DNA of 64,000 nucleotides from sequence record SRR31156797_589; one strand, 5' to 3'. Shown piece by piece: positions 21,164 to 29,610 of this stretch (position 1 is its first letter; each line of letters starts with the position of its first letter). The notes under the pieces were generated by a model. It saw only the letters and a program-made list of their open reading frames with translations, ran no database searches and was not told where the DNA came from. The position numbers and the translations under genes were made by a program.

Positions 21164-21363
21164 TATATTCAAATACCTTTCCCAAGCCAACTATTTTTCT
21201 GATGTATTTAATACATTTTCACTCAGATTATAGTTACATGCAGCATCACAAGTATCTTTTAATATGCCATGCCATTAAACATCATCGATAACAACCGAAG
21301 TATCATTCGCAATTTTACTGTATATTCAATACTTAGTTCCATATTTCGGAGGAAATTCAGTTA

Positions 21364-21768
21364 TTATTCAGCTAATCCATAAGAAAAAATTTCTACATCC
21401 AAATCTATATTCAGCTCTAATATCTTACTCATTACTTTTTTAGGAATATTAAAATCAATTTGTGCAGATTCTGAACTTATACATAATCTAACACCAACGC
21501 TTTCATATTTCTGGTGTAAGCTTTTTATAAATTCAGAGCTTTCACTTAATTTATTCAGCATCAATAGTAGTGTATCGAACATATCATCCCACGATTTTAT
21601 TTTATCACTTGTATATACCCATCCATCATATTTTGCTTTATTATCACCAAATATTATCTGTCCAGTTTTTACGATGTAATTTGGTTGTAAACCAATATTT
21701 TTCTTAAGTTCATCAAAATCTATACATTTATCATATATTGCAAAATTGAATTTTAAACTATAAAACAT
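21364..21768 (-). CDS. DUF4279-like protein (putative immunity)
   Basis: DFDELKKNIGLQP...K.G...W.Y...SESAQI.F.IP...M..I.EL.I.L..EIFSYG. Confidence 0.75.
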   Translation of the reverse strand: MFYSLKFNFAIYDKCIDFDELKKNIGLQPNYIVKTGQIIFGDNKAKYDGWVYTSDKIKSWDDMFDTLLLMLNKLSESSEFIKSLHQKYESVGVRLCISSESAQIDFNIPKKVMSKILELNIDLDVEIFSYGLAE

Positions 21769-21780
21769 TTAACCTGCCTT

Positions 21781-21852
21781 TTAACGTAATTTTTCTATTT
21801 CAATTTTCAATCCAGAATGGATGCTCATTTCTTGTAAGTATTTCATTAATAT
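21781..21852 (-). pseudogene. Toxin C-terminal stub resembling the end of CdiA-type PD-(D/E)xK nuclease domains
   Basis: ILMKYLQEMSIHSGLKIEIEKLR*, ending 12 nt before the DUF4279-like start. Confidence 0.4.
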
Positions 21853-21858
21853 CTATTA

Positions 21859-22239
21859 CTAATACTGTACTATTTCAGGATTAAGTTTCTCTATCTCTTG
21901 TAAAATATAAATCATTTCCATTAGTTTGTCTTTGTATTGTTTTACTTGAATATATTCATTGCTATTAAGTATTTCTTGTGAGCACAGGGATAATCTTTCT
22001 TTATAAAGCTTATCTTGATTTAATAGTGAAAATCTAACAACACCTCTTTTTAAATAAGTCGAGATAATACCAGCTATGCAAGTATCCATTTTCAGTAACT
22101 CTGTTCCCAAATCATCAAAGTTGTTATCATCATTAAATCTATTTCCAACAATTAAATTTGGGAATTCAATATCAAAATACACATTGTATTTTTTCTTCAG
22201 CTTACTATTTAGTGCATCTTGTCGCTCATTAACATTCAT
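21859..22239 (-). CDS. Hypothetical protein, putative immunity protein
   Basis: EFP...D.GTEL..MDTCIAGIISTYL motif; a truncated paralog lies upstream. Confidence 0.6.
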   Translation of the reverse strand: MNVNERQDALNSKLKKKYNVYFDIEFPNLIVGNRFNDDNNFDDLGTELLKMDTCIAGIISTYLKRGVVRFSLLNQDKLYKERLSLCSQEILNSNEYIQVKQYKDKLMEMIYILQEIEKLNPEIVQY

Positions 22240-22535
22240 AATTGAAATACCTATTCTTTCTTATCTTAAAATTGTTACTAGTTTATACAGTATAAATAAT
22301 TAATTTTTGCTACTTGTTTTGTATTTCATCCATTATCTGCTCTCATATTTTTTTATCTGAATCCCAGCCACATCTATTATGTCTAGATATACCATGCTCA
22401 CCAACATAATATGAATTTAAATACTCAACTTCAAAGCTATAGACTTATACTGTTTTATTAAAATGCTGTATTAAACAACTTCTACTAATTTCAGTCTCGT
22501 CTTACTATTTTTTTACTCTCAAACCTTCTTGCAGG

Positions 22536-22847
22536 TCAGTCTGAGCATTTTGACAAATAATAGTTATCATTTTGATTATAATTTTCTTCAGAAAAACCAT
22601 CATCATCCCTTGGGAATTCCAGCGTCATAAATACATTGAATTTATCTTTTAGTTCTATATATAGTTCTTCCTGCTTCATGTTTTTCATATTATTCATATC
22701 TTCTTTAATTAACGAAAAAGGTGATTTTAACCATCTATATCTTTTGAAAGTGAATGTTTTAGTTGCGACAACACTTCCATTTCCGATAATTATTATTCTA
22801 CTTTGTCTGTAAGGTTTTGTAGTCTCTTTATATATCTTTAGTCTAAA
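22536..22847 (-). pseudogene. Decayed ribonuclease-toxin-like tail followed by a truncated paralog of the 21859-22239 gene
   Basis: IYKETTKPYRQSRIIIIGNGSVVATKTFTF then MNNMKNMKQEELYIELKDKFNVFMTLEFP (cf. ERQDALNSKLKKKYNVYFDIEFP), stop at 22536. Confidence 0.5.
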
Positions 22848-22931
22848 TTAAGTTGATTTTTTCAAAAATATTATCATAATAAATATTTAACAAAAAAATT
22901 AAATGATTATTTTATAGTATTATATACCAAT

Positions 22932-23447
22932 TTATTTTTCCAAATCACTCTTGTTATTAATTATATAGTAGGCAAGGGGTTTTGATGAATCATAATTATA
23001 AAAATTCATAGGATTATCAGTTTCATTTCTAATGGTATAGACCCACCATGTAATTGTATCATATTTTTCATCAACATTAACATATAGTGCGATTTTTTTT
23101 TGAGGGTAGACATTTGAAAAGAATATTATCCAATTATTAAGTGCAAATATTGCTATTTTCACCTTATCGAATAAAGAATACTTTTTCTTTAAATAATAAT
23201 CTAGAAAAACTTCGTTTTCGCTAAATTCAAATTCAAATTTATTTTTATAATTTTTTTGCTGCGAAAATACAATATTATTTTTTTCTTCATTATTTTGACA
23301 TATTAAACATCCATCAATCTCTTTAACATTTGGAATAAAAAGACTAGATAATTCTTCTAACCTACAAAATTTTCTTGATGGTAGCTTGAATGCATTTTCT
23401 ATAAGCTCACTCATACTTCTATTACAAATAAGTTTAGTATATTTCAT
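22932..23447 (-). CDS. Hypothetical protein, putative immunity protein
   Basis: 171-aa AT-rich ORF 17 nt downstream of the MafI-like gene. Confidence 0.6.
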   Translation of the reverse strand: MKYTKLICNRSMSELIENAFKLPSRKFCRLEELSSLFIPNVKEIDGCLICQNNEEKNNIVFSQQKNYKNKFEFEFSENEVFLDYYLKKKYSLFDKVKIAIFALNNWIIFFSNVYPQKKIALYVNVDEKYDTITWWVYTIRNETDNPMNFYNYDSSKPLAYYIINNKSDLEK

Positions 23448-23464
23448 TTGTTCCCCCAGTATCT

Positions 23465-23737
23465 CTAACTATTTCTTAATAGCTTTTTGCCTATCTCATT
23501 CAATAAGGTTCCATCCATGTTCATTGTATCATTTGCATACTTTAACATTTCTAAATCTTGAGTAATAACTATTGTATCTTTATCTATTAGCTCGCAACAT
23601 AATTCTTCATATGCTAAGCCAATTTCATTATGTTCTAAATACTCCTTAATTAAGTCAAGTGATTTGGGCGATGTATTGTAATCAAGGTATTTTTCTCTGA
23701 TTCTTATAATAATTTCAGTGACTTTGATGTTTTTCAT
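23465..23737 (-). CDS. MafI-family-like immunity protein
   Basis: LDLIKEYLEHNEIGLAYEELCCELID matches the MafI motif (HNE.GLA.E.LC..L). Confidence 0.72.
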   Translation of the reverse strand: MKNIKVTEIIIRIREKYLDYNTSPKSLDLIKEYLEHNEIGLAYEELCCELIDKDTIVITQDLEMLKYANDTMNMDGTLLNEIGKKLLRNS

Positions 23738-23756
23738 AAACTAACCTCTATACTAC

Positions 23757-23873
23757 TTAATTTAATGGAAATGCGGTAAGTACATCAATGCTACTATTAA
23801 TAGCTTTGATAATTGTTCCGTTATGTTATCCAGCAGCAGAATAACTTTCAACTCCAAATACTATTTTGTTTGA
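23757..23873 (-). pseudogene. Toxin C-terminal stub ending ..LTAFPLN*
   Basis: SNKIVFGVESYSAAG*HNGTIIKAINSSIDVLTAFPLN*, stop just before the RBS of the MafI-like gene. Confidence 0.55.
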
Positions 23874-24033
23874 TTAATAATATTTTAACTACTTGTTTAA
23901 GCTCTTGTCGTCAGTTTGATGGTTTTCTGAATAAACTTTTTGTCACCAATAAATATAAAACCCACATATATTCCAAACATAATACATAATTATACAAACA
24001 GTTCAATACCTGTTTACCGTAGTGAATTAGTTG

Positions 24034-24309
24034 CTATAATATTTCTCCACATGCAACCTTTTTTGAACCTTCGTAGAGCTCAAACTTATTACCTTTTTTC
24101 ATATGCTTCAATGGAGCATTATCTACTAAAAATTCTATTTTTACTTTGCTGGTCCCATTTTTAACTTTAGTTGCTGTAAAAGTACAGCTCCAATATCCTT
24201 CCATATTCTCAAATAATATTATTGGTGAGTATTTTGTTCCTACGGGTATTGGACTATTACGACCGCCTTCCTTCGCACTAATCCATTTTAAATTAGCTTT
24301 CTTTATCAT
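24034..24309 (-). CDS. Stand-alone EF-Tu domain-III-like protein
   Basis: WISAKEGGRNSPIPVGTKYSP ~ EF-Tu ILSKDEGGRHTPFFKGYRP; MKKGNKFELYEGSKKVACGEI ~ [21 protein letters not shown]. Confidence 0.78.
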   Translation of the reverse strand: MIKKANLKWISAKEGGRNSPIPVGTKYSPIILFENMEGYWSCTFTATKVKNGTSKVKIEFLVDNAPLKHMKKGNKFELYEGSKKVACGEIL

Positions 24310-24337
24310 AGTATCACCTTAGTAGTCTTGCTAAATA

Positions 24338-24694
24338 TTACACATCTTCTTTAACAATTTTTATAAATTTATCGAGATTTTTGGTTTCAAAAACTCCTTC
24401 TTTGTATCCTGCTAAAATATAGAGTTTTAACCAATAAGCATCATCTTTCGCAAAGGTCTCAACAGCTCCCCAAATATTTTCTTCAGTTAAGCTGCTTACA
24501 ATTATATCAGGAGGACTTGCCTCAATAAATGATTTATTTTCTTTATCCATATACCAAATCAAGTTTTTTGGTGTTGTGACTACTAAAGTATATTCTGTAT
24601 TGTCTTCAAGAGTTATAGTAATATCAATGTTATCGTTCTCAATATCCTCTATTTCTGATAGTGGCGTTAAAAATTCAATATTTTTTATTTTCAT
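24338..24694 (-). CDS. Hypothetical protein, putative immunity protein
   Basis: DNIDITITLEDN.EY..VV.TPKNL..YMDKE...PP.IIV..LTEENI..AVE.FA..DAYWLKLY; aggag RBS; first gene of the array. Confidence 0.65.
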   Translation of the reverse strand: MKIKNIEFLTPLSEIEDIENDNIDITITLEDNTEYTLVVTTPKNLIWYMDKENKSFIEASPPDIIVSSLTEENIWGAVETFAKDDAYWLKLYILAGYKEGVFETKNLDKFIKIVKEDV

Positions 24695-24838
24695 TTTTGC
24701 TCCTAAACATTAAACTTTTATATTAAGGAACTTAACTATAGAATTATTAGTTCTGATAAGTTATTCATTTTTACCTGTTCCAGGATTCTCTTAATATACT
24801 CTGTGATCTGCTATAATACTTACTATAGCCTTCCTGTC

Positions 24839-24867
24839 ATTATATACGGAAGCGATAGTACCTGCAA
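24839..24867 (-). promoter_or_regulatory. Candidate sigma-A promoter reading into the immunity array
   Basis: Minus strand TTGCAG-N17-TATAAT. Confidence 0.4.
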
Positions 24868-24987
24868 TGAACAGTTTTGCTTTTACACTAGAATTCCCAA
24901 TTATTTAGCTTAAAAAGTGCTATAATAGTAATCAAGAAAACGTACGGAAAACAGACTGCAAAAAATGCAAAAAATGCGCTTAATATA

Positions 24988-25016
24988 TTGACGTATTACT
25001 GTTTTAGTGCTATACT
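24988..25016 (+). promoter_or_regulatory. Sigma-A promoter of rpmG-secE-nusG
   Basis: TTGACG-N17-TATACT with extended TG. Confidence 0.75.
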
Positions 25017-25142
25017 TAACAAGCTGTCTTTCCATAGAGGTGGAAAGGGGCTTTTTTTAGTGAGTAGATTTTTTACTTACAAAATAGTATTTATGAATTT
25101 TTTAGCAATGATATATTGCTATACATAGAAAGGACGAAGAAG

Positions 25143-25292
25143 ATGCGCGTAGGAATAACATTAGCCTGTACTGAATGTAAACAACGTAATTATGAAACTC
25201 AAAAGAATAAGAAGAATAATCCTGACAGAATTGAAATGAAAAAGTATTGTAGATTCTGTAAGAAGCAAACACTTCATAAAGAAACTAAATAA
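25143..25292 (+). CDS. rpmG: 50S ribosomal protein L33 (zinc-ribbon type), below the ORF-track cutoff
   Basis: [49 protein letters not shown]. Confidence 0.97.
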   Translation: MRVGITLACTECKQRNYETQKNKKNNPDRIEMKKYCRFCKKQTLHKETK

Positions 25293-25403
25293 GTAATTAT
25301 TTGACGAATGAAAGCGCATAAATCATATAAGAAATTGTGATTGTTTGATGCTTTAGTAATTTGGGTAAAGTAAGAAAAAGAAATTATTTGTAAGTAGAAA
25401 GGC

Positions 25404-25646
25404 ATGGATGGAATAATGTCAAAAGATAATACTAAGAAAAATACTAAAAAGAAAAAAGATAATGTCTTTAAGAGAATTATTCGTTTCTTTAAGGAAGTTA
25501 TTAGCGAATTAAAAAAAGTTACTTGGCCTACAAGAAAAACTTTGGTATCGTACACAATTGCAGTTATTATATTTGTAATAATCGCTATGATTATTGTTTA
25601 CTTCCTAGACGTTGGAGCTACTAAACTATTTGATGCACTACAGTAA
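25404..25646 (+). CDS. secE: Preprotein translocase subunit SecE
   Basis: FFKEVISELKKVTWPTRK plus TM helix; synteny with rpmG and nusG. Confidence 0.96.
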   Translation: MDGIMSKDNTKKNTKKKKDNVFKRIIRFFKEVISELKKVTWPTRKTLVSYTIAVIIFVIIAMIIVYFLDVGATKLFDALQ

Positions 25647-25732
25647 TATTCATATTATGTATTTGATTATCGAGTTTTGTATTAATATCCGCAAACTACC
25701 AAGCGAAGGAGGCAAGGGAATTCCCGTATTGT

Positions 25733-26269
25733 ATGGCTGAAACAAATGATAAAGGCGCCTGGTATGTTGTTCATACGTACTCAGGATATGAAAATAAAGT
25801 AAAGACAAACTTGGAAAAAGCAATAGAAAACCAAAACTTAGAGGAACAAATATTTGAAATTAAAGTTCCTATGGAAGAAGTTCTGGAAGTTAAAAATGGT
25901 AAGAAGAAACTTACTGCAAAGAAGATTTTCCCGGGTTACGTTATGGTCAAAATGCTTATGAATGATGTCTCTTGGTATGTTGTAAGAAATACTAGAGGTG
26001 TTACAGGTTTTGTAGGACCGGGTTCTAAACCTATACCATTGACTGATGAAGAAGTAGTCACAATGGGTATGGAACGTATTCCGATTAAACGCTCATTTGA
26101 AGTTGGCGACCTAGTAAAGGTTACTAACGGTGCGTTAGAGAATTTTGACGGTGTCGTTGAAGAGGTCTTCGAAGACAGGCAGAAGGTGCGTATCTCTGTA
26201 TCTATGTTTGGCAGAGAGACACCTGTAGAACTGGAATTTTTCCAGGTTAAGAAAATTAAAGCTGAGTAA
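25733..26269 (+). CDS. nusG: Transcription termination/antitermination factor NusG
   Basis: WYVVHTYSGYENKVK, FPGYVMV, VRNTRGVTGFVG, MFGRETPVELEF. Confidence 0.98.
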   Translation: MAETNDKGAWYVVHTYSGYENKVKTNLEKAIENQNLEEQIFEIKVPMEEVLEVKNGKKKLTAKKIFPGYVMVKMLMNDVSWYVVRNTRGVTGFVGPGSKPIPLTDEEVVTMGMERIPIKRSFEVGDLVKVTNGALENFDGVVEEVFEDRQKVRISVSMFGRETPVELEFFQVKKIKAE

Positions 26270-26293
26270 TCCATCTTTTTAGATGTTACTAAA

Positions 26294-26363
26294 GTGGGAG
26301 GGCTGGTTTCTGACATGGTTTTGTCAGCCAATGGAAACGTATTTAGTACACCCGCTATACCAC
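26294..26363 (+). promoter_or_regulatory. Ribosomal protein L1-binding leader upstream of rplK
   Basis: GTGGGAGGG...CCCGCTATACCAC enclosing an inserted hairpin. Confidence 0.65.
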
Positions 26364-26382
26364 AATTATAGGAGGAAATATT

Positions 26383-26808
26383 ATGGCAAAGAAAGTAATG
26401 GGTCTAATCAAATTGCAAGTCCCAGCTGGTAAAGCTTCACCAGCACCACCAATTGGTCCAGCACTTGGTCAGCATGGTGTAAACATCATGGGATTCTGTA
26501 AAGACTTTAACGCTAGAACAGCACAGCAAGCAGGATTGATAATCCCTGTTGTAATCACTGTTTACCAAGACCGCTCATTTTCATTCATTACAAAGACACC
26601 ACCAGCAGCAGTTCTAATTAAGAAGGCTTGTGGTATCAAAAGCGGTTCAGGTGAGCCACATATTAATAAGGTGGCTAAGATTACAAAAGCTCAATTGCAG
26701 GAAATTGCAGAGCTGAAGATGCCTGACTTAAACGCTGCAAGCTTAGAAGCAGCTATCTCAATGATAGCAGGTACAGCTAGAAGTATGGGCGTTACTGTAG
26801 AAGGATAA
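26383..26808 (+). CDS. rplK: 50S ribosomal protein L11
   Basis: [31 protein letters not shown]. Confidence 0.99.
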   Translation: MAKKVMGLIKLQVPAGKASPAPPIGPALGQHGVNIMGFCKDFNARTAQQAGLIIPVVITVYQDRSFSFITKTPPAAVLIKKACGIKSGSGEPHINKVAKITKAQLQEIAELKMPDLNAASLEAAISMIAGTARSMGVTVEG

Positions 26809-26823
26809 TACAATTTTGACTTT

Positions 26824-26850
26824 GTGGGAGGATTATTCCACTATTACCAC
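26824..26850 (+). promoter_or_regulatory. Second L1-binding site upstream of rplA
   Basis: GTGGGAGGA-ttat-TCCACTATTACCAC immediately before the AGGAGG RBS. Confidence 0.7.
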
Positions 26851-26866
26851 AGGAGGTTATGTTCTA

Positions 26867-27559
26867 ATGAAAAGAGGCAAAAATTATCAAGACAGTGCAA
26901 AGCTGATTGATAGACAAAAGTTATATGATGCAGATGAGGCAGTTGATTTAGTTGTTCAGTCTGCAAAGGCAAAGTTTGATGAAACTATAGAGATTTCAGC
27001 AAGATTAGGTGTAGACCCAAGACATGCTGACCAACAGGTAAGAGGTACTGTAGTACTACCAAATGGTACTGGTAAGAAAGTACGTGTTCTTGTTATAGCA
27101 AAAGGCGAAGCAGCTGACAAAGCAAAAGAAGCTGGCGCTGATTACGTAGGCGTAGAAGAATATTTGGATAAAATACAAAAAGAAAATTGGTTTGACTTTG
27201 ACGTAATGGTTACTACACCTGACATGATGAGATTTGTAGGACGATTAGGTAGAGTATTAGGACCAAAAGGTCTGATGCCAAATCCTAAATCAGGTACAGT
27301 TACACCTAATGTAGCAAAAGCAGTTGAGGATGTTAAATCTGGTAAAGTTGAGTATCGTGTTGATAAGACCGCAATATGCCATGTTATTATTGGCAAGGCT
27401 TCATTTGGTAAAGAAAAGCTTACTGAAAACCTAAATGCGTTGATGGATGCTATTGTTAAGGCAAAACCTGCAGCATCAAAAGGTACATATATTAAATCTT
27501 TGGTACTTTCATCTACTATGGGACCTGGAATCAAACTAAATGGTCAAAAGTTCATGTAA
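26867..27559 (+). CDS. rplA: 50S ribosomal protein L1
   Basis: AKFDETIE...[33 protein letters not shown] at 26867 after AGGAGG. Confidence 0.99.
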   Translation: MKRGKNYQDSAKLIDRQKLYDADEAVDLVVQSAKAKFDETIEISARLGVDPRHADQQVRGTVVLPNGTGKKVRVLVIAKGEAADKAKEAGADYVGVEEYLDKIQKENWFDFDVMVTTPDMMRFVGRLGRVLGPKGLMPNPKSGTVTPNVAKAVEDVKSGKVEYRVDKTAICHVIIGKASFGKEKLTENLNALMDAIVKAKPAASKGTYIKSLVLSSTMGPGIKLNGQKFM

Positions 27560-27586
27560 TAACTAATATATTATAATGTAGTATTT

Positions 27587-27622
27587 AAAAAGGGTGTTTC
27601 GATATTGTTAGAAACACCCTTT
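27587..27622 (+). terminator. Terminator after rplA
   Basis: aaagggtgtttc-N10-gaaacacccttt. Confidence 0.75.
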
Positions 27623-27641
27623 CGTTGTATAATGAGGAAAT

Positions 27642-29045
27642 ATGAGTAGTACAAATATAAAATCAGATAAAAAATCAAAAATGATTCTAGAAGGTAATCT
27701 ATATAAAGTAATTATTAAACTAGCTGTTCCTATTATGATAGCGAATTTAATACAAACAGTATATAATTTAACTGATATTTACTTTGTATCATTAATAGGA
27801 GATGTAGAGGTTGGTGCTGTAGGCTTAGTATGGCCAATGATATTTTGCCTATTAGGCTTAGGTATTGGTATTTCATTAGGTGCAGTATCACTGATATCCC
27901 AGAGCATTGGTGCTGGTAAATCATCAAAAGCAAAAGAAATATCAGGACAGATATTGAGCTTTTCTCTTATTATTGGCATTATTTTTGCTGTAATAGGTTA
28001 TATTATAGCACCATATATTCTAAATCTAATGGGAGCTGAAGGACAGGTATATCATCTTGGATTAAGCTACATAAGGATAGTTTATTATAGCTTACCATTT
28101 GCGTTTGTTTTCCTTGCATTTCAAGCAATTATGCAGGCGCAAGGCAATATGGTAATACCAATGGTTCTTAGTGGAATTTCTGTCGGTATTAATATAATTA
28201 TGGATCCGTTGCTGATATTCGTATTCGATATGGGTATTGAAGGTGCTGCCTATGCAACTGCATTAGCCAGACTTGTTTTGTGCATAATATCTATTATATA
28301 TTATTTTAATTCAAAAAAGGTAAAGTATAGAGCAGAGTTAAAGCATTTAACCCCGAAGGTTAAGCCAATTCTGGAAATTTGTAAAATAGGTATACCCAAT
28401 GGTATAGGACAATCAACTACAGCTATTGGTTTTATTATTTTAAATGGTTTTGTATTATCATATGGAGAATCAGTATTAACAGCATTCGTAATAGGCAATA
28501 GAATAGTATCATTAATTGTAATGCCGTGTATGGGAATAGGTAACGCAGTTTCAGCTATTGCAGGTCAGAATTTTGGTGCTAATAATATTCCTAGAACGAA
28601 GAAAGTACTAAAATCATCTACAATACTTTCAATGTCATTTGCATTTGTTGGAGTAGTTTTGCTGTTGCTTTTCTCCGAGCATTTCATTACAGTATTTACT
28701 AAAAGCACTGAGGTAGTACATCATGCACAAAATTATTCATTTATAATTACTATAGCCTTACCATTGATGGCAATGTACAGTATATGGACAGGATTCTTTA
28801 TTGGAATAGGAAAAGGCAGCTATACAATGTTTATAATGATTTCAAGACTTATGATATATAGAATACCGTCAGTAATAATATTAAAATATGTCTTTGGTAT
28901 GAACGAATATGCTATATGGTATCCAATAGCTATAAGCAACGCCTTAGCTATTATAACTGGTTATATTTTATATAGGAAAATTGACTGGAGTAAAAAATCA
29001 GTAGCAGTAAGGAGCAAACATGAAGTTAGTGATAGCAAGCAATAA
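27642..29045 (+). CDS. MATE-family efflux transporter
   Basis: KLAVPIMIANLIQTVYNLTDIYFV, NIIMDPLLIF.F.MGIEGAAYAT, AGQNFGA. Confidence 0.93.
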   Translation: MSSTNIKSDKKSKMILEGNLYKVIIKLAVPIMIANLIQTVYNLTDIYFVSLIGDVEVGAVGLVWPMIFCLLGLGIGISLGAVSLISQSIGAGKSSKAKEISGQILSFSLIIGIIFAVIGYIIAPYILNLMGAEGQVYHLGLSYIRIVYYSLPFAFVFLAFQAIMQAQGNMVIPMVLSGISVGINIIMDPLLIFVFDMGIEGAAYATALARLVLCIISIIYYFNSKKVKYRAELKHLTPKVKPILEICKIGIPNGIGQSTTAIGFIILNGFVLSYGESVLTAFVIGNRIVSLIVMPCMGIGNAVSAIAGQNFGANNIPRTKKVLKSSTILSMSFAFVGVVLLLLFSEHFITVFTKSTEVVHHAQNYSFIITIALPLMAMYSIWTGFFIGIGKGSYTMFIMISRLMIYRIPSVIILKYVFGMNEYAIWYPIAISNALAIITGYILYRKIDWSKKSVAVRSKHEVSDSKQ

Positions 29046-29610
29046 TGCACATAAAATTGATGAAATAAAGAGCATTTTAAGCGATTATTTTCAACCTATT
29101 ATATCGATGAGCGAAGCTGGATTTTACGAAGATATAGTTGAAGATGGTGAAACCTTTGAAGATAATGCTATGATTAAGGCAAGGTATATGAGCAAGCATA
29201 TGGACTGCGCAATACTTGCCGATGATTCTGGGCTGGAAGTCTTTGCTTTAGGTGATGCTCCTGGTGTATATTCAGCTCGGTATGCAGGTAAGCATGGCGA
29301 TGATGAAGCAAATAATGATAAACTATTACGTAAAATGAAAAATATTAAGGATGAAGATAGAGGAGCACAATTCGTAAGCGCAATAGTATTGCTAAGACCT
29401 AACAAGACCCCTTTAACCTCTAGAGGCATCTGTCCGGGTAAAATCATATACGAGAGAGTAGGGGAGAACGGCTTTGGATATGATCCATTATTCTATATTC
29501 CAGCACTAGATAAAACTATGGCACAGCTTACGTTCCAAGAGAAAAACAAAATCAGTCATAGACGAAATGCTCTGCAAGGTATAAAGTCATTACTGGACGG
29601 TGAGAAATGA
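29020..29610 (+). CDS. rdgB: Non-canonical purine NTP pyrophosphatase (RdgB/HAM1)
   Basis: IASNNAHKIDE, ADDSGL, PGVYSARYAG, GFGYDPLF, KNKISHR. Confidence 0.96.
   Translation: MKLVIASNNAHKIDEIKSILSDYFQPIISMSEAGFYEDIVEDGETFEDNAMIKARYMSKHMDCAILADDSGLEVFALGDAPGVYSARYAGKHGDDEANNDKLLRKMKNIKDEDRGAQFVSAIVLLRPNKTPLTSRGICPGKIIYERVGENGFGYDPLFYIPALDKTMAQLTFQEKNKISHRRNALQGIKSLLDGEK

Noticed and set aside
24034-24309. Decayed remnant of the tuf gene that often lies upstream of rpmG
   Set aside because: Opposite strand to rpmG, own RBS and start, highly diverged yet intact, and no domain I/II remnants nearby.
18696-24694. Prophage remnant or integrative element
   Set aside because: No integrase, structural, replication or transfer genes and no flanking att repeats recognised.
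18514-24900. Integron attC-like or dif-like repeats separating the array genes (recombinase-fed cassette system)
   Set aside because: I compared the spacers by eye and found no shared repeat. The tyrosine recombinase is about 30 kb away in its usual lexA-linked position. A motif search (MEME) would be needed to exclude degenerate sites.
24695-24900. Possible toxin remnants upstream of the first array gene
   Set aside because: Short frames with stops and no recognisable motif.
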